A stretch of DNA of 64,000 bases, taken from assembly GCF_963921235.1 (NCBI RefSeq), contig NC_086108.1, positions 1,674,001 to 1,738,000 on the forward strand. The letters run 5' to 3'. Positions 52,043 to 64,000 of this stretch are shown piece by piece (within the stretch, counting starts at the first letter, position 1; the number at the start of each line of letters is the position of its first letter). The notes below the pieces were generated by a model. The model had not been told where the DNA came from. It saw nothing but the letters and a program-made list of their open reading frames with translations, and searched no databases. The position numbers were made by a program, and so were the translations under genes. The DNA comes from Mobula hypostoma. Its lineage: Eukaryota.

Positions 52043-54559
52043 CAGTGGCATGCAGAAGTTTGGGCACTCCTGGTCAAAATTTCTGTTACTGTGAATAGTT
52101 AAGTGAGTAGAAAAGGAACTGATCTCCAAAAGTCATAAAGTTAAAGATGAAACATTCTTTTCCACATTTTAAGCAAGATTAGTGTATTATTTTTGTTTTG
52201 TACAAGTGAAAAAAAGGAAAGGAGCACCGTGCAAAAGTTTGGGCATCCCAAGAGATTTGAGCTCTCAGATAACTTTTACCAAGGTCTCAGACCTAAATTA
52301 GCTTGTTAGGGCTATGGCTTGTTCATAGTCATTGTTAGGAAAGGCCAGGTGATGCAAATTTCAAAACTTTATAAGTACCCTGACTCCTCAAACCTTGTCC
52401 TAACAATCAGCAGCCATGGGCTCCTCTAAGCAGCTGCCTAGCACTCTGAAAATTAAAATAAATGATGCCCACAAAGCAGGAGAAGGCAATAAGAAGATAG
52501 CAAAGTGTTTTCAGGTAGCCGTTTCTTCAGTTTGTAATGTAATTAAGAAATGGCAGTTAACAGGAACAGTGGAGGTCAAGCTGAGGTCTGGAAGACCAAG
52601 AAAACTTTCCAAGAGAACTGCTCGTAGGATTGCCAGAAAGGCAAATCAAAACCCCCATTTGACTGCAAAAGACCTTCAGGAAGATTTAACAGACTTTGGA
52701 GTGGTGGTGCACTGTTCTACCTGCACAAATATGACCTTCATGGAAGAGTCATCAGAAGAAAACCTTTCCTGCGTCCTCACCACAAAATTCAGCATCAGAA
52801 ATTTGCAAAGGAATGTCTAAACAAGCCTGATGCATTTTGGAAGCACGTCCTGTAGACTGATGAAGTTAAAATAGAACTTTTTGGCTGCAATGAGCAAAGG
52901 TATGTTTGGAGAGAAAAAGGTGCAGAATTTCATGAAAAGAACACCTCTCCAACCGTTAAGCGTGGGAGTGGATCGATCATGCTTTGGGCTTGTGTTGCAG
53001 CCAGTGGCACGGGGAACATTCAGCTGGTAGAGGGAAGAATTAATTCAATTAAATACCAGCAAATTCTGGAAGCAAACTTCACACTGTCTGTAAAAAAGCT
53101 GAAGATGAAAAGAGGATGGTTTCTACAACAGGATAATGATCCTAAACACACCTCAAAATCCACAATAGACTACCTCAAGAGGCGCAAGCTGAAGGTTTTG
53201 CTGTGGCCCTCACAGTCCCCTGACCTAAATATCATCGAAAACCTGTGGATAGACCTCAAAAGAGCAGTGCATTAAAGTAAAGTCAAGTCAAGTCACTTTT
53301 TACTGTCACTTCGACCATAACTGCTGGTACACAGTAAAAACGAGACTTTTTCAGGACCATGGTGCTACATGAAATAATACAAAAACTACACTGAACTACG
53401 TAAAACAACACAAAAACTACACTAGACTACAGACATACCCAGGACTGCATAAAGTGCACAAAACAGTGCATGCATTACAATAGATAATAAACAAGACAAC
53501 AGGCACAGTGGAGGGCAGTAGGTTGGTGTCAGTCCAGGCTCTGGGTATTGAGGAGTCTGATGGCTTGGGGGAAGAAACTGTTACGTAGTCTGGTCGTGAC
53601 AGCCAGAATGCTTTGATGTTTTCTGCCAGATGGCAGGAGGGAGAAGAGTTTGTATGAGGGGTGTGTGGGGTCCTTCATAATGCTGTTTGCTTTACAGATG
53701 CAGCCTGTGGTGTAAATGTCTGTAATGGCGGGAAGAGAGACCCCAATAATCTTCTCAGCTGACCTCACTATCCGCTGCAGGGTCTTGCGATCCAAGATGG
53801 TACAATTTCCGAACCAGGCAGTGATGCAGCTGCTCAGGATGCTCTCAGTACAACCTCTGTAGAATGTGGTGAGGATGGGGGGTGGGAGATGGACTTTTCT
53901 CAGCCTTCGCAGAAAGTAGAGACGCTGCTGCGCTTTCTTTGCTATGGAGCAGGTGATGAGGGACCGGGTGAGATTCTCCGCCAGGTGAACACCAAAAAAT
54001 TTGGTGTTCTTAATGATCTCTACAGAGGAGTTGTCGATGTTCAGCGGAGAGTGGTCGATCCGTGTCCTCCTGAAGTCAACAACCATCTCTTTCATTTTGT
54101 TCACATTCAGAGACAGGTTGTTGGCTCTGCACTGGTCCGCTAACAGCTGTACTGCCTCTCTGTATGCTGACTCATCGTTCTTGCATGCAAGATAGCCCAA
54201 GAATCTCACAGAACTAGAAGCCTTTTGCAAGGAAGAATGGGCGAAAATCCCCCAAACAAGAATTGAAAGACTCTTAGCTGGCTACAGGAAGCATTTACAG
54301 ACTGTGATACTCGCCAAAGGGGGTGTTACTAAGTACTGACCATGCAGGGCGCCCAAAATTTTGCTTTGGGCCCTTTTCCTTTTTTGTTATTTTGAAACTG
54401 TAAAAGATGGCAATAAAAAAGTAATCTTCCTTAAAATATTAAAGAAATGTGTCATCTTTAACTTCATGCCTTTTGGAAATCAGGTCATCTTTTACTCACT
54501 TAGCTATTCACAGTAACAGAAATTTTGACCAGGGGTGCCCAAACTTTTGCATACCACTG
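52043..54559 (+). mobile_element. Tc1-family DNA transposon, decayed, with nested Rex1
   Basis: Ends are TA|CAGTGGCATGCAGAAGTTTGGGCAC and GTGCCCAAACTTTTGCATACCACTG|TA with long TIRs. Transposase pieces include SGRPRKLS, QQDNDPKHTS and WPSQSPDLNIIENLW. Confidence 0.93.
53273..54181 (-). mobile_element. Rex1/Babar LINE 3' part inserted in the Tc1 transposase
   Basis: ORF 53529-54230 contains LNVNKMKEMVVDFRR, ESILSSCITAWFG and NSFFPQAIRLLN. The tail is (GACTT)n. TGCAT is duplicated at 53268-72 and 54182-86. Confidence 0.9.
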
Positions 54560-55575
54560 TAGGTCAGTGACCTTTCATCTGAGCAGAGGGCCAAAATATT
54601 AACTGTGGTTATGTTAACTGGGGTGGCATAGTAGGGCAGCAGTTAGTGTAACGCTTTACAGTGCCAGAGATCACTTCCCAGGGGTTCATTTCCCGCCCAT
54701 GTTTGTAAGCAGTTTATACATTCTCCCTGTGATCGTGTGCGTTTCCTCCCACACACATTCCACTTAATGAGGGCATGCTATGTTGGCGCAGGAAGCATGG
54801 CGACACTTGTGGACTGCCCCTAACACATCCTTGGGCTATGGTGGTTGTTGACGCAAATGATGCGATTCACTGTATGTTTCGAGGCACCTGTGACAAATCT
54901 CCCTGGAGGTGCTGCCTGGCCTGCTGAGTGTCTCGAGTTCCTTTTTTGCTTACGCATTGAGAGTGGTGGAGGAGGCAGATACATTCATCATCATCATCTT
55001 TATGTGCCCTGTCGTGTGACATGGGCAATCATGGTCTTGACCATGATCGTTCTTAGCAGCTTTTTCTGCAGAAGTGGTTTGCCACAACCACCTGCTGGGC
55101 AGTCTCTTTCCAAGATGGGCGACCCCAGCTATTATCAGCACTCTTCAGGGACTGTCCCCCTGGAGTCAGTGGTCGCATAACCAGGACTTGTGCTGTGTGT
55201 GCTCATACCACCATCTATCACCTGCTCCCATGGCTTCATGTCACCCTGATCCGATGGGAGGGGTGTCTAAGCAAGTGCTACACCTTGCCTGAATGTGACC
55301 TGCAGACTAGCGGAGGGAAGGAGTGCCTTACACCTCCTTTGGTAGAGACACATCTCCACCCTGCCACCCAGCAGATACATTAGGGAATTTTAAGAGACGT
55401 TTAGATCGGCACATCAATGTAAAGGAAATGAAGGGATATGGACATTGTGTAGGCAGAAGGGATTAATTTAGTTGGCTATTTGATGACTAATTTAATTGGT
55501 TTGGTAGAACATTGTGGGCCGATGGGCTTGTTCTAGTGTCATACCTTTTTATTTTGATGTCAACTTTCCATTAAT

Positions 55576-56100
55576 TATGAAATTGCTCACTCTCTCCACT
55601 TCTGATCCCTCTATGAGGATTGGTTTGTGTTCCCTCATCTTACTCTTCTTGAAGTCCACAGTCAGCTCTTCAGTCTTACTGCCATTGAGTGCCAGGTTGT
55701 TGCTGTGACACCACTCCACTAGTTGGCAAATCTCACTCCTGTACACCCTCTCGTCTCCTTCTGAGATTCTACCAACATTGGTTGTATCATCAACAAGTTT
55801 ATAGATAGCATCTGAGCTATACCTAGTCACACAGTCATGGGTATAGAGGGAGTAGATCAGTGGGATAAGCACTGAGGCGCACCAGTGTTGATCATCAGCG
55901 AGGAGGAGATAATATCACCAAGCTGCAGGGATTGTGGTCTTCCAGTTATGTCCATATCCAGTTATCTCTAATTGCAGAGGGAGGGTCAGAGGCCCAGGTT
56001 CTGCAGCTTATCGATCAGGACTGTGGGAATTGTGGTGTTAACTGCCAAGCTGGAGTACACTAATAGCATCCTGACATCGGTGTTTGTGTTGTCCAGGTGA
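55576..56100 (-). mobile_element. Rex1/Babar RT fragment
   Basis: Encodes YSLYTHDCV..KLVDDTT..LNGSKTEELTVDF. Confidence 0.82.
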
Positions 56101-56310
56101 CTTAAGGTGCTGGCTGGCCTGCTGGATGCCTCCAGCATTTTGTGTGTGTGTTTTGCAGTTATGTTGCTGTTGGTCTGGATTCACAGTAACAGCTAACTCA
56201 TTATGAGTCTACAGCGAGAGGGTTACATTTGCTTTAGGTCCAAATTAGAGAACATTTTTGAGTCAGTAAGCAAAAAATAAAATAAACATTTAAGATTTTG
56301 GTGCCCATAC

Positions 56311-56598
56311 CTTGTCGTTGTTGGCATATCTGAACCCTTGTATGTAGCCCTCTCCTCCCCACAATCCACGCTGTGACTCTAGGGGGAAGTAGATGGGAAT
56401 TGGGACATCTTGTACTCGCTCTTCTTTCCCAGTGCGTGGGTCACGCTTGGATTTCACCCCATGGGGCTTAAAGTGAACGGGTGTGGGTTCCTGTTTCTCG
56501 GTGAGGGAGCGGAGATAGTGAGCAGGCAGCCGTGACTGGATTCCCTGCTTAAGACGCAGCGCAGCCCAGATCTTGGGCGGGTACTTGTGCAGCGGCAT
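56311..56598 (-). CDS. MRPL28: MRPL28 coding exon 1 (aa 1-96)
   Basis: Encodes [32 protein letters not shown]...[19 protein letters not shown]. Acceptor ttccaccgtag| lies 12 nt upstream of the ATG (exon starts 56610). Donor is AAG|GTATGG at 56311/56310. Confidence 0.96.
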
Positions 56599-57289
56599 CT
56601 CTCAGCATTCCTACGGTGGAAGCAGAAAGCAGTCAGAGTTAAAGTGTTATTATTGAAGTACATATATGTCACCACATACTATCCAGAGATTCATTTTCTT
56701 GCGGGCATTTACAGGAACATAAAGAAACACAAACTTGGTTCCTTAAGGTTGTTACAACCAGGGGCGGTAACGGAGACAAGCTCCCACTCCTCCCAAACAG
56801 CCTCTGACAACCAAGTCCAGCTCCTGGCCTTCACGTGTGGCTTAGCTGCTAATCCTGGCAGAGCAGTTTCTACTGACAGGAGAAGGGGCAAAGGAGGGTT
56901 ACTGGTACCTTAAAGCCAGTCATCAGGCTGGTGGGGCTCATCGGCCGCGTTGGCAGTTCATCTCGGAGAAGGAAAGCTCTGATCTCCAACATCTGCAACC
57001 TTGCGGCTACACTCACTCACGGGGGAAGGCTTCTGGAATAAACCCCGATGGAAAAAGTCTGGAGCTGGAGTTCCTAAAGCAGCCCTACGTTGAGTTCAAT
57101 GCTGATTGGTAACTCCTGCGATGCTGGTGCCCAAATATACCAGCCTCTGCCGTACCTTTGGGTTCATCAGATGCATGGAGAGGGGGAGCTTGCTACATGG
57201 GCAACAATTAGCTCTTGCATATCTAGAGAACTAGGGCATGACTTCCACGCTCAACCTTAACCAACGGAGGCCTCAGACAATAGAATTTA

Positions 57290-57831
57290 TCAAAAACTAC
57301 ACATTTACAAAGATTAACAAACCACTAATGTGAAAAAGATGACAAATAAAAAAATAAGTAATGCTGCGAATGAATTGTCGAGACCTTAAAGTGAGTCTGT
57401 AGGTTATGGAGTCAGTTCAGAGTCGAGGTAAGCGAAGTTTTGAATGCTGGCCTGATATTGCAGGGAAATAATTATTCCTAAACCCGGTAATATGGAGCTC
57501 AGCTTCCCGTAGCTCCTGCCTGATGCTGACAGTGAGAAGAGACCATGGCCTGGATGGCGAGGATCCTTGATGACAGATACTGCTTTCTTTTGGCAGCGCT
57601 CTTTGTAAATGTGCTCAATGGTGGGGAGGGCTTTTCCTGTGTTGGACTGAGCTGTATCCACCACCTTCCGTAGACTTCTCCATTCCTGGCCACTGGTGTT
57701 TCTGCACCAGGCCGTGATACAACCAGTCTCCATACTCTCCACTCTGCATCTATACCTTTTAGATGACATGTCAAATCTGTGCAAACTCCTAAGAAAGTAG
57801 AGGCATTGTTATGCCTTATATGTGACTGCAT
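57290..57831 (-). mobile_element. degenerate Rex1/Babar 3' fragment
   Basis: Encodes ESMETGCITAW..IKDPRHPGHGLFSL. Confidence 0.7.
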
Positions 57832-57832
57832 C

Positions 57833-58240
57833 CGTAACGTTCCGTAAGGTTTCACTGCGAATGTAATGGTTTCTCTGTAGTAGTAATGTTTGGGTTATGA
57901 CTAGAGATAACGGGGCCTTTGGAATGTACATTAGCCAACGAGAGGCATGCTGTTCTTCCTCCTGGTCTGGGAGCAGGGATTGTGCGGTCTTTTGTCGAAG
58001 AGAGAAGACACGAGTGAAGAGAGTTGGTAGACCACCGGAGGGAGGGTCTGAAGGTTGGCGACACTCGGAGGTCAATAGGAAACGATTGGACGAAATTGTG
58101 AGCTCCAATGTGCACCTTAGACTGTTTCATCAAATGGGCCCCTTTTCTTTTTATTTTCTTTACTGACCCTATAGCCAGTTTTAAGATTTATAAAGTTCAT
58201 TCGTTTAATTGCATATGGTGTACTGTCTGATATTTTGCAG
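57833..58240 (+). mobile_element. truncated LTR-like fragment related to 40564-41162
   Basis: Shares a GAGCTCCAA..GTGCAC block and general layout with the solo LTR at 40564. Confidence 0.45.
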
Positions 58241-58690
58241 TTACTGTAAAGATGAAGCCACACTCAGGTTGGAGGAACAACACCTCGTATTCCATCTGGG
58301 TAGCCTCCAACCTAATGGCATGAACATTGACTTCTCTAAGTTCCATTAATGCCCCTCCTCCCCATCTTACCCCCTTCCTTATTTATTTATTTATTCCCCT
58401 TTCTTTCTCTCTCTTTTTTCTCCCTCTGTCCCTCTCACTATATCTTCCTCTGGGTCCCCTCCCCCCGCCCCATCTTTCTTCCCAGACCTCCTGTCCCATG
58501 ATCCTCTCGTATCCCTTTTGCCTATCACCTGTCCAGCTCTTGGCTCCATCCCTCCCCCTCCTGTCTTCTCCTATCATTTTGGATCTCCCCCTCCCCCTCC
58601 CACTTTCAAATCTCTTACTAGCTCTTCCTTCAGTTAGTCCTGACGAAGGGTCTCAGCCGGAAACATCGACTGAAACTCTTCCAATAGATA
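58241..58690 (+). mobile_element. Penelope-like 3' fragment with near-intact hammerhead motif (58636-58671)
   Basis: Near-identical to 8398-8860. The motif reads AGTC-CTGACGA-AGGGTCTCAGCCG-GAAA-CATC-GACT. Confidence 0.82.
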
Positions 58691-59033
58691 GTCTCTGTGT
58701 GAAGAAGTTTTTCCTAATCTTGGTCCTAAAAGGCTTCCCCTTTATCCTCAAACTGTGACCCCTCGTTCTGGACTTCCCCAACATCGGGAACAATCTTCCT
58801 GCATCTAGCCTGTCCAATCCCTTTAGGATCTTATACGTTTCAATCAGATCCCCCCTCAATCTTCTAAATTCCAACAAGTACAAGCCCAGTTCATCCAGTC
58901 TTTCTTCATATGAAAGACCTGCCATCCCAGGAATCAATCTAGTGAACCTTCTTTGTACTCCCTCTATGGCAAGGATGTCTTTCCTCAGATTAGGGGACCA
59001 AAACTGCACGCAATACTCCAGGTGTGGTCGCAC
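58691..59033 (-). mobile_element. CR1 fragment (young subfamily)
   Basis: Near-identical to part of 12548-13727. Confidence 0.88.
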
Positions 59034-59509
59034 CACATTCCTCACCCCCACCCCCTAGTCGGTTACAATGCATATCCCACCCGGCTCAAGGGCAGCTTCT
59101 ACCCCGCTGTCATCTCAGTCTTCGACATAGACTCGTAGAAGCAGAGCACAGAAACAGGCTGTTCGGCCCACCTAGTCCGTGCTGAACCATTTAAACTGCC
59201 TAGTCCCATCAACCTGCAGCGGGACCACAGCCCTCCGTAACCCTCCATCCGTTTCCCTCTCCAAGCTTCTCTTGAACATGGAAATGGAGCTCGCATCCAC
59301 CCCATGTGCTGGCAGCCCTTTCCAACACTAATACTCACCACCTCAATGCACAGTATAATAATCCGATCTGTATCAAGTTACCGGTTTTTCACTATACGTG
59401 TGACAATAATAAACAAAATTAGGGAGAGGGAAGTATGGAGACTACCGGAGGCTCTTTGCTCTTTCCCTCCCCCTGCAACCCTTTCATTCCCTCACGGATC
59501 AACACTTAC

Positions 59510-59550
59510 GCCGAACCCCAGGCTTCACCTCGTCCACAAGGCCTCCGGCT
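59510..59550 (-). other. MRPL28: probable non-coding first exon of MRPL28
   Basis: Donor GGC|GTAAGT at 59510/59509 lies in a non-repetitive, CpG-containing patch just downstream of CCAAT/GC boxes. The first coding exon has an acceptor upstream of its ATG, so an upstream exon is required. The TSS is unknown. Confidence 0.55.
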
Positions 59551-59700
59551 TCTGATGGGCCAATCACCGCAGCCGACAACATCAGGCTTCTGCCATCTGA
59601 TTGGGCAGCTTTCCAGCCTATCATTCAGCCCCGCCCTCCATTTAGAGACTGTCTCATAATTACCCACCAGCCGCGTCTCAAGGGAAAGTCGCTAAATCAC
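59551..59700 (-). promoter_or_regulatory. putative TATA-less housekeeping promoter of MRPL28
   Basis: CCAAT at 59560-59564, ATTGG at 59600-59604 and GC box CCCCGCCC at 59629-59636. CpGs are locally retained in an otherwise CpG-depleted window. Confidence 0.6.
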
Positions 59701-60054
59701 CAGTGGCAAATAGCACAAAAACATCTAACCAATTACTGTAATGGGCAACATATTTTGCTCAAATTATAATTGCGTGAATTATTATTTAGAACTAATTTTA
59801 TCTGGAGAGATACAGAGAGTGGTGGAATGCTTGTGTTTTCTGCATGGAACATTAAAGCATATTCTTATCCCTACTGTTCAGAATCAGGTTTAATATCACC
59901 TACATATGCTGTGAAATTTATTGTCTTTGCGTCAGCAGTACATTACAGTATATAATAATAGAAAGTGTTAATTAGAGTAAGCATATATATCAAAAGTTTA
60001 AGTAAAATAAGTAGCACAAAAATAGAAATAAGAAAACTAGTGAAGTGGTGAGTC

Positions 60055-62733
60055 CCTTTGCATCTCAGATATTTGGATTTTCTCCCCGTTCAGAAAATAA
60101 TCTGCACATTTATTTCCACTACCAAAGTGCTTGACCATGCATTTTCCAACATTTTCCACTGTCTAGCTCATTCCCCTAATCTGTCTAAGTCCTTCTGTGG
60201 CTTACCTATTTCCTCAACACTACCTGCCCCTCCACCAATCTTCGTATCATCTGCAAACTTGGCAACAAGGCCATCTATTCCATCATCTAAATCCCTGATA
60301 TACAGCATTAAAAAAAAGCAGTTCCAACACCAGCCCCTGCGGAACACCACTAGTCACTGGCAGCCAACCAAGAAAGGATCCTTTTATTCCCACTCGCTGC
60401 CTCCTACCAATCAGCCAATGCTCTAACCATGTCAGTAACTTTCCTGTAATACCATGGGCTCTTAACTTGGTAAGCAGCCTCATGTGTGGCACCTTGTCAA
60501 AGGCCTTTTGAAAATCCAAATATACAACATCCGCTGCATCCCCTTTATCTATCCTACTTGTAATCTCCTCAAAGAATTCCCTTAAGGACACCATGCTGAT
60601 TTTGTCCTATCTGGTCCTCCATAACCAAGTACTCCAGAACCTCAATCTTAATAATTGACTCCAACATCTTCCCAACCACTGAGGTCGGGCTAACTGGTCT
60701 ATAATTTCCTTTTTGCTGCCTCCCTCCTTTCTTAAAGAGTGGAGTGACATTTTCAATTTTCCAGTCCTCTGGCACCATGCCAGTGTCCAATGATTTTTAA
60801 AAGATCATTTCTAATGCCACCACAATCACTAACGCTCCCTTTTTCAGAATCAAAGGGTGCAGTTCATCTGGTCCGGGTGATTCATGCACCTTTAGGTCTT
60901 TCAGCTTTTTGAGAACCTTCTCCCTTGTAATAGTAAACTGCACTCACTTCTCTTCCCTCACACCCTTCAACATCTGACACACTGCTAGTGTCTTCCACAA
61001 TGAAGTCTCATGCAAAATACTCATTTAGTTCATCTGCCATCTCCTTGTCCCCCATTATTATTTCTCCTGCCTCATTTTCTAGCGGTCCAATATCCACTCT
61101 CATCTCTCTTTTATTTTTTACATACTTGAAAAAGCTTTTACTATCCACCTTGACATTGTTTGCTAGCTTGCTTTCATATTTCATCTTTTCCCTCCTAATG
61201 ATTCTTTTAGTTGCTCTTTGTAGGTTTTTGAAAATTTCCCAATCCTCTAACTTCTCACTAATTTTTGCTTTGTTGTATGCCCTCTCTTGTTTTTACATTA
61301 ACTTTGACTTCCATTGTCAGCCACAGTTGTACTATTGCATTTTGCCATTTAAATATTTCTTTGCTTTGGAATACATCAATCTTGCACCTTCCTCATTTTT
61401 CCTAGAAACTCAGCCTGCTTTCTGCATTCCTGCCAGCATCTCCTTCCAAATTTACTCTGGCCAACTCCTCTCTCATACCACTGTAATTTCCCTTACTCCA
61501 CAGAAACACTGCTACATCAGACTTTACTTTTCCCCTATCAAATTTCAAGTTGAACTCAATCATATTGTGATCACTGTCTCCTAAGGGTTCCTTTACCTTA
61601 AGCTCCCCAATCACCTCCGGTTTATTACATAACACCCAATCCAGTATAGCTGATCCCCTCGTAGGTTCAAAGACAAACTGCTCTAAAAAGCAAACTTGTA
61701 GGCATTCAACAAACTCACTCTCTTGAGATCCATTACCAACCTGATTTTCCCAATCGACCTGCATGTTAAAATCTCCAGTGACAATCATAACATTGCCCTG
61801 TTGACACGCCTTTTCTATTTCCCGTTGTAATCTGTGATCCATATCCCAGCTGCTGTTGGGAGGCCTGTATATAACTGCCATCAGGGTCCTTTTACCCTTG
61901 CAGTTGCTTAACTCAACCCACAAGGATCCAACATCTTCCGATCCTCTGTCACATCTTTCTACTGATTTGATGCCATTCTTCACCAGCAGAGCCACAACCC
62001 CCTCTGCCTACCTTCCTGTCCCTCTGATACAACATGTAACCTTGGACATTCAGCTCCCAACTACAACCATCCTTCAGCCATGATTCAGTGATGGTCACAT
62101 CATCATACCTGACAATCTGTAATAGTGCAAGAAGATCATTCACCTTATGTCTTATACTCCGTGTATTGAGATATAACACTTTGAGTACTGTATTTGCAAT
62201 CCTTTTTGATTCTGCATCCCTAATGCACTGATACTCACCCTGCTGGCGACAACTGTGTCCTATTATCTGCCTGCCCTTCCTGACAGCCTGGCTGCACACT
62301 ATCTTTGCTTTTTTAATCATCCGTCCTATCCTGAGTCCCTTTACTCCGGTTCCCACCCCCCTCCGCCAAATTAGTTTAAACCCTCCCCAACAAATCTGCC
62401 CGCGAGAATCTTGGTCCCCCTCGGGTTCAGGTGCAACCTGTCACTTTTGTACAGGTCATACCTCCCCCTGAAGAGATCCCAATGATCCAAGAACCTGAAG
62501 CCCTGCTCCCTGCTCCAGTTACTCAGCCACGTATCAATCTACCAAATCATCTCCGTTTCTACCCTCACTGGCAAGTGACATAGGCAGCAATCTAGAAATT
62601 ACTACCAAGGAGGGCCTGCTTCTCAGCTTTCTACCTAGCTCTCTAAATTCTCTCTTCAGGACCTCTTTGCTTTTCCTTCCTGTGTCATTGGTACCGATAT
62701 GTACCAAGACATCCAGCTGCTCCCCCTCCTTCT
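60055..62733 (-). mobile_element. degraded CR1 LINE (ORF1 end, APE, RT)
   Basis: Contains VHIGTNDT, LYLNTRSIR, IYRPPNS, GDFN, SDHNMIEF, YLDFQKAFDKV and KFADDTK. Confidence 0.9.
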
Positions 62734-64000
62734 CCAAAATGAACCACCTCACATTTATCTGGGTTGCACACTATCTGCCACTTCTCAACCCAGTTTTGCA
62801 TCCTATCAATGTCCCGCTGTAACCTCTGACAGCCCTCCACACTATCCACAACACCCCCAACCTTTGTGTCATCAGCAAACTTACTAACCCATCCCTCCAC
62901 TTCTTCATCCAGATCATTTATAAAAATCACGAAGAGTAGGGGTCCCAGAACAGATCCCTGAGGCACACCACTGGTCACCGACCTCCATGCAGAATATGAC
63001 CCGTCTACAACCACTTTTTGCCTTCTGTGGGCAAGCCAGTTCTGGATCCACAAAGCAAGGTCCCCTTAAGGTCAATAAGTCTTGCATGGGGTACCTTATC
63101 AAATGCCTTGCTGAAATCCATATACACTACATCTACTGCTCTACCTTCATCAACGTGTTTAGTCACATCCTCAAAAAATTCAGTCAGGCTCATAAGGCAC
63201 GACCTGCCTTTGACAAAGCCATGCTGACTATTCCTAATCATATTATACCTCTCCAAATGCTCATAAATCCTGCTTCTTATGATCTTCTCCATCAACTTAC
63301 CAACCACTGAAGTAAGTCTCACTGGTCTATAATTTCCTGGGCTATCTCTACTCCCTTTCTTGAATAAGGGAACAACATCTGCAACCCTCCAATCCTCTGG
63401 AACCTCTCCTGTCCCCATTGATGATGCAAAGATCATCGCCAGAGGCTCAGCAATCTCCTCCCTCACCTCCCATGGTATCCTGGGGTACATCTCATCCAGT
63501 CCCAGTGACTTATCCAACCTGATGCTTTCCAAAAGCTCCAGCACAACCTCTTTCTTAATGTCTGTATGCTCAAGCTTTTCGATCCACTGCAAGTCATCCC
63601 TAAAAATTACCAAGATCCTTTTCCGTAGTGAATACTGAAGCAAAGTATTTATTAAGTATCTCTGCTATCTCCTCCAGTTCCATACATACTTTTCTACTGT
63701 CACATTTGATAGATCCTATTCTCTCACGTTTTACCCTCTTTCCCCTCACATACTTGTAGAATGCCTTGGGGTTTTCCTTAATCCTGTCCACCAAGGCCTT
63801 CTCATGGCTCCTTCTGGCTCTCCTGATTTCATTCTTAAGCTCCTTCCTGTTAGCCTTATAATCTTCTACATGACATCTCTATCATAAAAATAGTTTTTTG
63901 AACCTTTCGTAAGCTCTTCTTTTCTTCTTGACAAGATTTACAACAGCCTTTGAACACCACGGTTCCTGTAACCTATCATCCTTTCCAGGTCTCATTGGAA
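62734..64000 (-). mobile_element. CR1 LINE RT region of a second subfamily (runs off window)
   Basis: ORFs 62685-63794 contain ENPKAFYKYV, NYRPVRLTS, SQHGF and SGVPQGSVLGP. Confidence 0.9.

Larger units (their letters stand above)
32229..59550 (-). other. MRPL28: MRPL28 gene model (probable 5' non-coding exon plus 5 coding exons, 252 aa)
   Basis: Five exons join in frame (288+153+135+87+96 nt) through canonical GT-AG sites. The product is recognisably vertebrate MRPL28/bL28m (MPLHKYP...GLWGGEG...ANNDKLS...[10 protein letters not shown]...PLFKVY). The 5' limit is approximate. Confidence 0.93.

Overview
This is eukaryotic vertebrate DNA. The repeat repertoire (CR1-type LINEs, V-SINE/HE1-like SINEs, Penelope-like, Rex1/Babar, Tc1) suggests a cartilaginous fish; that is inferred, not proven. 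The only host gene I can support is MRPL28 (mitochondrial ribosomal protein bL28m) on the minus strand. It has five coding exons (56598-56311, 48649-48497, 45833-45699, 40160-40074, 32324-32229; 252 aa, all GT-AG, all phase 0), plus a probable non-coding first exon and CCAAT/GC-box promoter near 59510-59640. Most of the rest is transposon debris: many CR1 fragments (some young, with long open RT frames), Rex1/Babar fragments, two Tc1 elements each carrying a nested Rex1 insertion, solo LTRs, MITEs, SINEs, minisatellites and a tRNA-Ser pseudogene. Three signals stand out. (1) A minimal type-I hammerhead ribozyme motif lies in the Penelope-like terminal repeat, intact at 8802-8837, with about ten degenerate copies. 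(2) A CpG-rich 10x36-bp hairpin array in MRPL28 intron 2 reads as a signal-peptide-plus-repeat ORF on the opposite strand. (3) An unexplained 127-bp element occurs twice in inverted orientation and has some H/ACA-like features. There are no prokaryotic systems or CRISPR arrays.
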